Shown: piece by piece, positions 1 to 12,300 of the stretch | Layout of the letters: every line of letters starts with the position of its first letter | Position numbering within the stretch: position 1 is the stretch's first letter | Source of the DNA: Sphagnum compactum | Taxonomy: Eukaryota | Length of the DNA stretch: 64,000 nucleotides | Reading direction: 5' to 3' | NCBI GenBank assembly: GCA_965153455.1 | Contig: OZ234494.1 | Location: 12,958,001-13,022,000, forward strand | Made by a program: the position numbers and the translations under genes | The notes under the pieces: model-generated | The model's database searches: none | What the model was told of the DNA's origin: nothing | What the model saw: the letters and a program-made list of their open reading frames with translations, nothing else

Positions 1-102
1 GAAGTAGAAACCCGAAACAGACCTACATCACATTTTTCAAGAGGATTCAGTACAAGAGTTTGAATGGATAGGTGGGTGAGTTCTTCTTCCAGTAATAACT
101 AA

Positions 103-468
103 GAGCAACTCCATCGGTGATCAGTATGTGAAACTGCAAATGAAAATTCGATGAAGAAAAGTGAAAATATGCCGGTTTGTTTCAGCAAAATGCTTTTGAG
201 CCAAGCAATTTTCCACAGTTTGCTGAGGCTCGTTAAAGGCACAGCAAAGATTAACACTTGCCAGAGAAGAATGTAATAAAGACTGCTGCTGCAGCATGAT
301 TTGGCCAATCATAATGATTGGTCCAGGTGGTTTTGATATTGGTAGTCTCTAACCTATTTGCAATCCCAATTTTAGTTTTGATGGGTGGGGTTAGAAAAAA
401 GTATATATAACTGCACTTGGAAGTGAGATTTTTGCAGAGTCGCATACTGAGCACCACTGGAGATGCTC
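103..468. mobile_element. Tourist-like (PIF/Harbinger) MITE
   Basis: TIRs GAGCAACTCCA (103-113) and TGGAGATGCTC (458-468), flanked on both sides by TAA (100-102, 469-471). Related copies at ~36490-37810 and 37815-38147. Confidence 0.85.
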
Positions 469-559
469 TAAGCGCAGTAGGAGTCGTTGATTCAAACTTC
501 TGCTCAGTTTTTGAAGGTCAGCAAGAGAAGCAGCCCTAGCACCAGAACCAGTCGCGTTA

Positions 560-1915
560 TTATTGCCTCCTACAACAACGACTTTGCGCAATGCGATGTT
601 TCCGCAACCGGCAAGCTTCCTGGCGCAACAATTCTGCATAGTTTGCACCCATGCAATGTCTGGAAGAAGGGCTTCTAAGGCATGGGTTGTTGATGTTGTT
701 GTGACAAGAAAGACTGTGACGACAATCAGCAGCCGCCCTCCTCGAGCTTGCTGCTGATCCGCTCGAGAAGCAGATGTTCACGGGATTGCTGGAAGCCATA
801 CCACAACCATCATTACATCCCCCGCCTCTTGTGAACTCTATCCCGACGTGCATCCCTCCTCCTCCTGTTCTTCCTGCACAACACGATCGTCGTCGCATCC
901 GAGGTGGAGTGTTGTATGTTCGTTGTTGCTGTGATGTGGTTCTAGGTGTGATGGAATGCCAACAACAACAACTGGGTGCACATGAAGAAGAACAAGGGGG
1001 TGGTGGTGGTGCCGGTGTACATCGTCGTCGCCGTCGCGACTGCTGCAGCAGCAGAGGACATCTGTTTCCTAGTCCACAACCTGATGATGATGATGCTCTA
1101 CGGTATGCAGCATAGCCTTGAATGTGGTGTTTCTCTCTAGGATGATGCGATCCGAAACCTGCGGCTGCTGATTGTGGATAGCTGCGGCTGCTGCTGAAAG
1201 GAGGCGGCGGTGGAGGAGAAGTTCGTGAAAATTGGGTGCGGGTGTTTCTTCTTCGTCCATCACCATAGCGATCATACCTTGTGTAAGAGCTGCTGCTGGT
1301 ACTAGGGCTGCTGTCTGACATGATCCCAACCAGCTGATCTCGCGCGTCTGTAAGTGTGCGCGCCAATGTCGACACGACTCGCCAGAAATTTCCCATATGC
1401 AATTTCCCACAACTCTCCATGTCGCCATATCCTCCTCCTCCTCCTCCTCCTCCTCCTACTCCTCTTTCGAATCCTTTCCTGCTCGCTCTGCACCTCTGCA
1501 ATGTCAATTCCCAACAGAATCACTTTCTCTCATCAGACGAGTTCGGAAACTTTTCCATCGCAATTCAATCGATCATCTCTATCTCCTTATGATGCAAATT
1601 CTCCAACCCATCTCTCTATCTCTGTGGACAAGATCATCTATCTATCTGCTCATGAAAATTCTGGAAACCATCTCTCTCTCTCTCTCTCTCTCTCGGTGAA
1701 CAAACAATCCAGCACGAAATCCTCCATGAAAACAACTGCAATACTGCGAGATTGCTAGCTACAAACAAATTGGAACGTCGTCATCATCACACCGATAGAA
1801 TCCTTGTTGGCGCTTGAAGTTGTAGGCTGCGAGCAAGATCTTCCTCCTCAACTGCTGCTGGTGGTGTTTGTTGAGACCAACTTCTGCTCATGATCTGCAG
1901 CTGCTCCTCATTCAT
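560..1915 (-). CDS. Two-exon gene for a ~352-aa low-complexity (Ser/Arg/Gly/Cys/Pro-rich) protein of unknown function; exon 1 1915-1793, exon 2 1495-560
   Basis: ATG at 1915 opens 41 codons (MNEEQLQIMSRSW...TRILS) ending at a phase-0 GT donor (1792-1791). Acceptor ttgcag (ends 1496) joins in phase 0 to the long ORF ending at 560. The intron contains a (GA)n tract. Confidence 0.6.
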
Positions 1916-2227
1916 GTTTGCTTCTTCTTCTGCAAAACCCAAATTTCAGATTTCTTCCCTCTTCTCTTCTCTTCTTCACCACCACCCACTTCCTTGAATC
2001 CTCTCAGAAAAACAAAAATTCCACACAAAATTCCAATGACCTAAAATCTGCACCAAATTCCACACAGAATTCCACTGACCTAAGATTTCTGGGAAGAATT
2101 TTTTTCCACTCTCCAGAGCTATGGTTTTGCCTGATACTGTTTTCTCAGAAAACACATAATTGTATAGGAAGGAATGTGGTCACAATTGTGTTATGTGATT
2201 CTTTTGCTTGCTAACTCAGTTGGATGC

Positions 2228-2500
2228 CCATCCCACAAATAATATTACAAAATACACAATACCCAACTTCAAATCCCCATTTCACAAATCATAATACAAT
2301 TGTACAGGATACACAACTTCAAAACCCCATCCCACAAATCATAAACACATAACACACAACTTCAAATCCCCATCTGACAAATCATAAATACAAAATCCAC
2401 AACACACAACTTCAAATCCCTATCCTACAAATCACAACATAAAATTACACCAAACACAACTTCAAATCCCCATCTCACAAATCATAAATACACAATACAC
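2228..2500. repeat. Tandem minisatellite, ~50-60 bp unit, about 5 copies
   Basis: Recurrent cacaacttcaaatccccatc-cacaaatcataa unit upstream of the minus-strand gene. Confidence 0.8.
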
Positions 2501-5500
2501 AGTCCATAACTTTCTTCCTGCAACAATCATGTCAAATTCTCTTCACTATCAAGTTCATCTTGCAACAAGAAGTTTCCAAAATCTACAAAATTTATTCAAG
2601 CTCCTATTAGGTGCTTTCTAAAGATCTATTTCTTCTACACACAATCAATGTCCACCCATTGAGAGGGAAGAGATGCACACACACATACACTCCCTCAAAA
2701 CAATCTCACACACACATGTTGTGCAGTTTTTTTATATATAACAAAGATGAACTTCTAACTTACTTCATTATAGGAAAAAAAGGATTTTGATTTGAAAGTT
2801 GAGAAGTGAGGTTTAGAATTGAGAATTAGAAGAGATATGGAAAGATTTATGTGTTGGATAGAATCAAGGATTAGAAAAGATGAGGAAATATTTATGTGTA
2901 GGATTTATGTTAAAAAGGAGAGTAACCAAATATTCTAGTTGAATCCAAAATTGTGCAACCTTGCAACTCACATGGGCTTTACTACTCTACACATTGATCT
3001 CTCAATGGCATTTTTGAGGGTAACGAATGAGAGGAGTGCTACACAAAAAGCTCTTTGTGTGCATGGAGGAATGCAATGCAAAAAAGGAGGTATGGAAAGA
3101 CATTTTTGAATTGGCTTATGGTAGTATAGTCTTACAAGGTGAAGAGCCACTAAATGTCTTAGCAAACTAAATGTCTTTTTTTTCATATGTTGTAATTAAT
3201 GTTTCTTTTTTCAAATTTGTGATGTGGGTGGGTTGGTGACCACCCAAAAGAGGGCTGAGCCAAATTTGGCTACAAATTAGAGAGAAAGAAGAAAAGTTTA
3301 AGAATCTTCCTACATGTTGGCAACATGCTAGAAACTATTGTCTAAATATAAATATAGTGACATGAGCCATTTTTCCCAAGAAAAAACCTTTTTGTATTTT
3401 TCATAACCCCTGTTTTTTTGGTCACCAAGATATGAAATTTTGTCAAAAATGTAATTGATTGTTGTAATCATGGTAATAATTGGGGAAGAGTCTAATCATA
3501 TTGGCTTGGGATATTCATTGATTTCTAACTTTTGATTTACAAATTGATGATGATAATAGTTGGTGAAAAGTCATTTTCAACATATTTAATTGGAAAATTT
3601 AATGTCCACTTTTTCAACGTAAATATCCTAATACTTAAGCCAATTTGGCATTAATTAAATATTTGCAAAGAAAAATATTTTTAAAATAAATGTCCAGTAA
3701 CTATGTCAAATGTTTTTGAGAAATATAAGTATTTTTTGCTGTGTGTTTTTCCCCCTTTATTAAGGGGTGAAATTGTGGCCCCCCATCATTACCGTCCTCC
3801 AAGAGGTAAAACCAAGGGACAAGGTCAACACCTTATTACTCCACAAAAGAATTACCCTTACTATCTTATTTTGTTACAACTATTCAAGTAATAAATAAGA
3901 CGTCATACCAAGAGGAATGAGGTAAATAAGGGTCCATTGCCTAAGACCAGACCTACCCTCTTATAAGTAATCTAAACCAAGGAGTAATGGGGAGGAAATA
4001 GAGAAAGGAAACATGAAAAGTAGTCAAAACTTGAAAGTAGCTACTTTCCTTGGTTCTATAGTACCTTCAACAACATTCAAGTAGACGTTGTCTAGGGGAT
4101 TTGCAAACCTTCTACTACTATTGTCACTCCTCTTCAAGCCCTGCAAGTCTTCTAGTGACTCGACGTGCTGCTTGCAACACCTCGGAAGTCCTTCCTCTAT
4201 TCTTTACCATTTGCAACCTATTGCTTTCTTTCATAACTTACCACCTGCAGAAGCACCCCTCAGTTTGCAAATGGTTATTTGTTGATCTTCCCTTCTGTTG
4301 TTTTTTACCATCAAGGATTGGTTGTTACCTTCCAGTGGCCCAGCCAATAGCTTAGTTATCCAAAGACTACCAAAAGTTAAACCTCGTTACTTTCTACCCT
4401 AAAAAAATATAAATTATTAACTTAATGAAGCATCCTATTTGTAGATTATCAACTATTCTACCTTCCTCATTCAATAAAATAGGAATACATCACAACTAGA
4501 AACTCAAATCCTTCATTCATCTTCCATTAAAATCACACACAAAGTACATATTCTTTTTCCATTCCCTTACATCCTTCTATGTGAAAGTCTTACATTCCCC
4601 CATTCCACTCCCCCCAAGTATCAAATGAATATCCCCATCCTCTCCCACTTCCTCTAGTCCTTCTTCCCCACATACCACACACAAGGCCCACATTGACCCC
4701 TAGAAAATAAGATCTTTATCTTAATCCTTTCTTATAAATCTTCTAGATGATTGTGTAGATTACCTCAACCACTCACTAACTCGAGCTACCTAATCCCACT
4801 AGCTTCACCCTTGGGTAAGGGATAGTAAGTCTACCACTAATAACTACTAGTTACTAAAAGGCCTATGGGATTAACTAGTCTAGAGATTTTTACCCATTAA
4901 CACCATTATTCAATGGGTCTCGTTTACTACTTTCACAAAGAAATCAAACAATTACTTAATATATGCACAAGAAAAAGTTGGCAACTTGATGGAAAAGAAC
5001 GATAATGACTTGTTCATTGTTCTAAAAATACATTATCAACTTTATTAAACTTCATGAAAGTGCAATTGGCACTAGCTTCTAGTTAATTAATACTCGATAT
5101 TTGTCAATTTGTTAATTAATATTTTAACTTTTGTTGAATATAAAAATATTTTTAAAATTGGTGTTGAATTATTTTTTGCAAATTATTTCAATATTCGACA
5201 ATGGATTGTCAAAATTGACCCAAATACTAAGGTATGTGGGATGCCCATGGTTTTCACAACTATTGTAGCAAGTCAAAAGATTTTTTTGAACTACCATACC
5301 AACAAATTTGTTGAGAAGAGGAAGGGACCAAGGAGTTTGTAAAATAATTATTAAGCATAACCATTGAGATTTTCATTTCATGGAATTCATTTTTACCCAT
5401 GTGTAATTTCATCTATATGGTAGATTTCATGAACATATATTTAACATTTATTCAAGTAATTTATTTCATCCATATGGCCAATCACATCATTGTGTGGTAA

Positions 5501-7754
5501 ATTTATGTCCATGAACATAATTTATTTGCAAATAATATGTTTCATTTGTATTAAAAATATGATCCAAATTGTATTTCATTGATTTGATCACATTTCATAC
5601 ATCTATGCATAATTGTATTTTTGTGGTCAATTGCATCGATGAACAATGTTTCATGCATTTATGTATGCTTCATTTTCATGTATCTTTGAAATTTTGTTTC
5701 ATCCATATTGTTAAGGAAAAAAATTCGACCATTTTATTTTACATTTTCAACCCTTTCTTTTTATCTTTTTATTTTTTTTGTTATCCCTTTCTTCATAAAA
5801 ACCTTGGTTGAAAGTTTTATTATAGTTTAAGTGAGTTTTATAAAACATAATTTCCCTCTCATGGCCTAGAAAGGAATTTATTATGATTTTTAATTGCTTT
5901 GACAAATAATTATCGTTTTCATAATTCTATTGTACCGCCTTCTTTCCTATATCTTTGTTACACAAGGACTGAACATCCATCCACCACTTTGTTGTTGGAC
6001 ATTACATATTATCTTAATAGTGTGAAAACATAATCAAAGGAACCACTTAAATAAATGGGTACTATTTAAAATCGTATTTCTATGTCTTTGAAAAATCACA
6101 AAGGGGACATTATGAACCTAAAGACACCTACACATTGTGTCTCATTGTTAAAGAAAAGAGTCAAGGATGGGGATTTGAAGGGAACAATAATTTGGATTGT
6201 CAATATTGTTTTTGAAATAGCTTTCATTACTTGCAAAGCTTCAATGCTCAAAATTAAAAATCTTTTTACATGTTTAAAGCACTCAAACCTTTGAAATGGA
6301 CATCCACTAAAAGAAACCCAATGCCAAAACATGGAATTATGACTACATAATTGACTACATCTGCAATGGTTTATGCCATTTATGATTACAGATGATTGCA
6401 TGATTATGTAATTTAAAAAACAATGTTGTATTTTCCACTAACTTTGTTGATGGTGTTAATCATAACTACCATTAACAACTATGTTTTTCATGATTGTAAT
6501 CATTTTTACCATAGTTGTGGAAGATACATCCACACTAGTAGAAATTGGCCTAAATGTAATCATTTTATTTGCGACTACATGCAACTGTTAGTTATTTGTA
6601 ACTACATTTGAACATTTTTGTAACTATTTTTTGTGTTGGTCATATTTGTGACTACTTTGCAACTAGTTTGCAACTATGTTGGTGTTCATCCTTCCATGTG
6701 AACAACATTTAGTTTAGTTTTCATCCAAGAAAAACAATTTATGTCTCATTTGCATACCATGGTTGATATGACAACCTTTGAAACCCATGTACAATTGAAA
6801 TTGAACTTATGTTGAATCAATTGGTAGGATGGGTTTATAAGGTCCATCGAAACATGGTTGTTTAGTTCATATGTCAAGTAAAGCGTGCATGATTTAAAAC
6901 CTTGTCCTTATTGTGGACACCCTTCATCACAGTCACATGGAGTTGATATTAAGAACAAATTAAGCTCAATCTTGCATCCAAAGGTTGTTTAGTTGTTTTC
7001 TCAAACACAATGTTTTATTTTTTTGTTGTTTGAACTTGAATCACTATTCTCAAGGTTCATCTCCATATATTTGTGATATTTGTGGAGGTGGCAGTCTCAA
7101 TTTCTTTTAATATTGAATACAATACAATAGATTGACTTATTTTTGTATCATTTGGTTGTGTATGTTAAATCCTTTATGAAATTGTATTGATTGCAAATTT
7201 GCTTTACCACCACATTTGACCTAATTTGATATGTGAACAAAGGTGTACCCAATGATGTCAATTAGTGATTAAGTCTTTTTTTTAAATCATTCAATTGTCA
7301 TTGGAAGTGTGAAATAGCATTGAGCCCAAGTGAATAACATCTTGTTGATCCCTCACACTACGAAAGATTGTTCAAATAATTTACAAAGGCAAAAATTGAT
7401 GTCTCCACACCACATGACATTTGTTGACCTCTTCCTCTCCCACATTAAATTTAGCAAGAATGTGACACATAAAAAACTATCAAATTTTTGACACTCCTTT
7501 CATTGTTCACTTTGATTTGTGCACTTAAAAAGTTACATACCTAGTGTAGAGGAACTATTTTGGAGAAAGTGAGAGGTACTTTGATGATTGATCTCTTGGA
7601 AAATAGGATTCATTCCATTGTGTTATTATACTTAACTACTTGCTATTGAAACCAAGTTTACAACAGAGTAAACAATTGCAAGATAAATGTGATGATAGCT
7701 ATCATATTGCTTTCATCAATTCAACAATAGTTAATTATCTTGTGAGTGATAATA

Positions 7755-8012
7755 ATGAAACCCATCACTCAGTAGGTTTGAGATTTTATATTAAATCGGT
7801 TTTTTCTTCCATCACTGGGTTAAGGTTTTACTATGTACTTACATTAAAAAATTCATCACCCAGTAGGTTTGAAGTTTATGCTATCTCAGTGTTTCTTCCT
7901 TCACTGGGTTGAGATTTTTTTATGATTATCGAAAAACCCATCGTCACTCACTAGGTTTGAAGCTTAAATCATATGATCAGTGTTTTCTTTCATCACTGGG
8001 TTCAGGTTTTAT
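7755..8012. repeat. Tandem repeat, ~90 bp unit, 3 copies
   Basis: Repeated catcactcagtaggtttga...ttttcttccatcactgggtt unit. Confidence 0.75.
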
Positions 8013-8565
8013 TTATTAATATTAACATTGTCATTACACAAATCTGCATTGACAATTATATGCATGCTGAAAGCTCAACATCCCTTTTAGGCAACTTGAT
8101 TTGATGACCCTGAGCTTGAAGGTGGAAGAAACAAATTTTTTCAAGTTCCAACCTTTGAAGTTCGCAAAGGGGACATGTGCCGCTGATTTAGAGGCTTCTT
8201 GGTCATCCATCAATCAGTGAAAGATTTTTGTGCTAGAAATTAGTGTGCGCTATAACATAATGGATCCTCTTGTACCCAAGCTTGTAAGCATTCAAATTGT
8301 GGGATGTCTCTCTCATGTTTTGGATTTGCAGGTTTTGGAATGCTAGTTGTTATCATAGGAAAGTTCTTGTTTTTCATTCAAAGGACATGAAAGGGAAAAA
8401 TCTTGAATGTCAATAATTGATGAACAAGAAGAGCAGCTCTTGTTTGCAACTTGGGAATTATTATTATTATTCAATATAGGGTGAGTCAATTTTGTCATGG
8501 TTTTCTTTGTGCAAACCTTAAAAAATGCAAGTTCCTTAACATCCTTGTGAATTTCATTTCTTCAG

Positions 8566-8765
8566 AGCAATGCAGAGAAAGTTGCTGATAAATTGGCAGG
8601 CTTAAACGAGAGGCTCGATGAGCTACTACAAGAATTGGGTGAGCTTCAAGACAAAGTTCCCCAACCTGGAGAGCTCGAAACAGTTCAAAGCCAAAACAAT
8701 CTTTCAAGCATAGTGGACAAGATTATAGCTGATAAAACCAAAATCAAAGAAGAGAGCTTCAAGAG
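8566..8765 (+). other. Isolated open exon encoding a coiled-coil segment
   Basis: ttcttcag acceptor, 200 nt open (SNAEKVADKLAGLNERLDELLQELGELQDKVPQ...KIKEESFK), then an AG|gtaaaa donor. Absent from the ORF track because it has no start codon. Confidence 0.45.
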
Positions 8766-9381
8766 GTAAAAATGGTACTTTCTACTAATAATAACCATAA
8801 CAGAAAGGGGCTTTCTAAGAAGGGGAGAAGAATCTGCCATCCCCATATTTAGAGTCCAGTATACTAACTACATCATGAATTTTTTCATGTGGTAAATGTT
8901 CTTCAATGAGTTTTTTCTTGGAAATGGATCACAGTTATAAGAAGAAGCCTACGTATAAGCAGAGACCCATATTTCTGGATCATGAAGTCTTCATGTATGC
9001 TTCATGTTGCCTGCATGCTTTCTTCAACAAATAAGTCTCTGATTACCTAGTCGACAGTTTGAGCTCAATCTGCTGCTGTTGATTAGGCTAAATCATGACT
9101 AAATTGGGAAATAATCCTTTCTTGTGGGTGGCATTGATGATGCACTCGAAGAATTCTTGTTGGGGGTGTTGTTCAAATGGGATTACTAGAATGTGGGGTG
9201 ATCACAAACTGCAAGTTGTGATCTGAGTTTTGTGACCAAGAAAGATTTTTAGATAGACAAGCCATGGATTGGGTTTGGGTATTTATTAGTCAGAGCAAAT
9301 TTTGCTGCATTCAAGACTTCCTATTGTGTGGTAGAACTGTTGCTGTTTAGAAATTTTGACATGATATCTTTATGAAGGAAG

Positions 9382-12300
9382 ATGGAGAAAAGGAAGAAGA
9401 ATAGCAGAGTAGAAGACATATGGAATGCATTGAAAGTGAAAGAGCTTGAAGGCAGTCAGAGGATGAAGGCAGTAAGCAATAATACCAATTGGAACTTGTT
9501 TCATATAAAAGATGTTGTCAAGCCAAGATCAAGTCGAGTTGCAGGTCCTTCAGAATTATCTCAGCTTGATTCCCGTCTCCCAGATTACTCTCTCCGGGAA
9601 GCTGCTAATATCTTCCACAAAAGTGAAGGTCAGCTGCAATTCGGCAGTCGCAAGGATCATAATAATGTGATGTCAAGCACCATCCATGCCCTCACCAGAT
9701 CACAAGAGGAGAACAAAAATGGCAGCTTGGATTTAACTGGCAAGCTCTTGAGCACAGATCACATGCGCCCACCTTATACAGACATTGCAACTTCTCGGTA
9801 TGCCAAACTCAAAGAAGCTTACCTGAAAAGAAAACTGGATGCCGCCAGAACTGTACCACAAAGCAGCAGCAGCTCCATTTTGCTAAACCAATCCTTGAAT
9901 TCTGAAGCTTGCAGTGAGCCTGATCAAAGTCATACATTCAACTGTTGCAGCCTGAAGATTTCAGAAGAAGATGTTGCAGCAACTATAATACCACAAAGCT
10001 GCAGCTCCACTTTGGTGAATGTATTGCCAATTGCCCTTGAATGCTGAAGCTTGCAATGAGCCTGATCAAAGTAGTGGAAGCTATTGCAGCCTGAAGATGT
10101 CAGAAGAAGATGATGTTGCAGCATGGATCAAGGGTCCTGAGAGCATCAAGAAAGACGAGGTACATTCACAATTGGCAGCAGCAGCTAGCAAAATGGTGAA
10201 AGACAGTTGTGTCAATGGCATTGTTGAACTAGGAGCCAATGTAAATTCTGGTCACAAAGCAGAATGCATGATCAAGGCGGTGCAGGCTGGGATGAAGGAT
10301 GTTACAGTCAAGGTACTAGCTTCTTCTCAGGTAACAGATGTCAGTTTGATGGGATTCAAGGATACTTCTACAAATGTCACAGACTCGAGCAATGGTGATC
10401 AAGATGCAAGAAGGATATGCGAGGAGAATTGTCATATCATGGCAGCAGATAAAGGTGGTGGTGAAGATGGAATTTCTTTTTCCAACTGCACTGAATCTGA
10501 TGTCAAGAGTAATAATGAACTTGATCAACCTGATTCTTCAATGATGCAGCAGCAGCAGCAGTTGAAGATTTGTCAGACAAGATAGAATTCATGCTCCCAA
10601 CAGCAGAATCTGATACAGGAAGAAGAAGAAGAAGAAGAAGGGATTGAATATGAGCTCTTAGCTGAAGCTCTCAACAGGGATTTGAATTGCTTGGTTGATC
10701 CTGCAGCATCAGTGCATTCTGCTGCACTGCTTCGCCTACAATCCACACTTTTTGCGTCAAGAGTGACGATAAAGGATCATGTGAGCTTGTCGAGGAGGAA
10801 CACCATGATCCTCCAGATCAAGCTCAGGTTCAACTCCGGAGCAAACACAACACATTGTGTTGGGCCGCAGAGGAATTGATAGTCAAACCTCTCTTGCGAC
10901 GCTTCGCTGATTCCTCTGAGAAATGCCGTCAAGTCTCCATCACTATACTTCACCAGTACTCTAACCTCCATCTCTGCCTAGTCTCTCTCCAATTGTCTGT
11001 GGCTTCTCTCTGTCTCTCTCTGGACCTTGAGGTAGATCACCAATTCTCCAATACGATCTCCACAGACAACGAAGACAAATGTTTGAAGAGAAACTTGTTG
11101 GGGAGATACAATTCTTGTAAACCACACCTCGTCCAGGACCATTGGTAAGAGCACCGGGTGGGTGTGTCTTTGGGGAAACAAACAAACAAGCAGGCTCCTG
11201 CAGGAAGTGCCGAGCGCAGTGATCACATTGCTGCCATATGTGCTTCCTGTCATCACTGAGCGGATGCCACTTGACATTCCTCTCACGCCTGCCAGTGACA
11301 ATGACTATCTGAAAGAGCCGGTAGGTAACTAACTTGGGACATCTTTCCATTAGACTGCTGTGATCACAGATTCTATGATAGTTTTCCATTATTTTTTCTT
11401 TCCTATCTATGCTCACCGTCACCTCACAGCTCTATCAATCAAGCATTGAGCACCAAATGCAAGAGCTGTGAGAGATGTGAGTCAAACTGCGACTCATCAC
11501 AAAGTGACATTTATCTTTCTTCTTTTGTGGGAATGTGTTCTCAGAAGTTCCTAACATTGATTAACTACATATTTTCAACATAGTTGCAGATCTCCAATGC
11601 AATGCGCCTGTTCATCCGATAAAAAACAAGGTCCTATGTCATTGGCTTTCCACGAGGCTGCTGTAATCATGACACACTGTGTGTAACTGTGATCACAACA
11701 ACCTAATGAAAATAGACCCTTACTCCTCCATTTGCAACACCAAATTCATTCTTCATCATCAAAGAAGAATTCCATCAGATTTGTTGAAGTTTGTGTTGAC
11801 TTCAACAAACTTGTCAATCCCATCATCACTATCAGAGATGATGATGATGATGATCTGCTACAAACCAATCTGCTAAAAAATCAATCAATTTCCTCCAACT
11901 TATGCAGGTCAAAGATCCAGGCTATTCTTGTGGAAACATCAGAGGAAGTGAGACTGCAACTAATGCAACTCATGCATTCAATTCTAACAAAAGCTCCTCG
12001 CTTGATTCAAGCTTTTGCTTCTGATGTTGCTTCCATTGTTGTTGCTGCAACGTTTCACACTCACCCAGAGGTGCTCCTGGTAGGTACTACTTGTATCACT
12101 CCTCCCCCTCCCTCCCAATCCCACCTAGCAAGCAAGCTGTGCACCTGTTGTGTGTGTTCAGAGATTCTTGTCAACTTTGCAGAAAAACTTCTTTGAGAAC
12201 CACTCAAGCAAGCTCGGAACAGTCTCCTCCTTCTCCTCCTCTTTCCTCCATGCCATGATGTTGTTCTTGGTGCAAATGGCCAGGAGACATTCTCAACACT

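Noticed and set aside
774-1758. Plus-strand ORFs with polyP/L/S/G tracts
   Set aside because: Antisense shadows of the minus-strand gene and its microsatellites.
3774-4896. Possible solo LTR (TG...CA after a purine-rich tract)
   Set aside because: No TSD, no second copy and no internal domains in the window.
5880-7640. Possible further hAT transposase debris (also ~32640-33500 and ~48700-49067)
   Set aside because: Too degraded to read diagnostic motifs with confidence.
10020-10760. Programmed frameshifting, readthrough or RNA editing rescuing DNAAF5
   Set aside because: The lesions are numerous, of different types, spread over several exons and lack slippery or stimulatory signals. Neutral decay is the simpler explanation.
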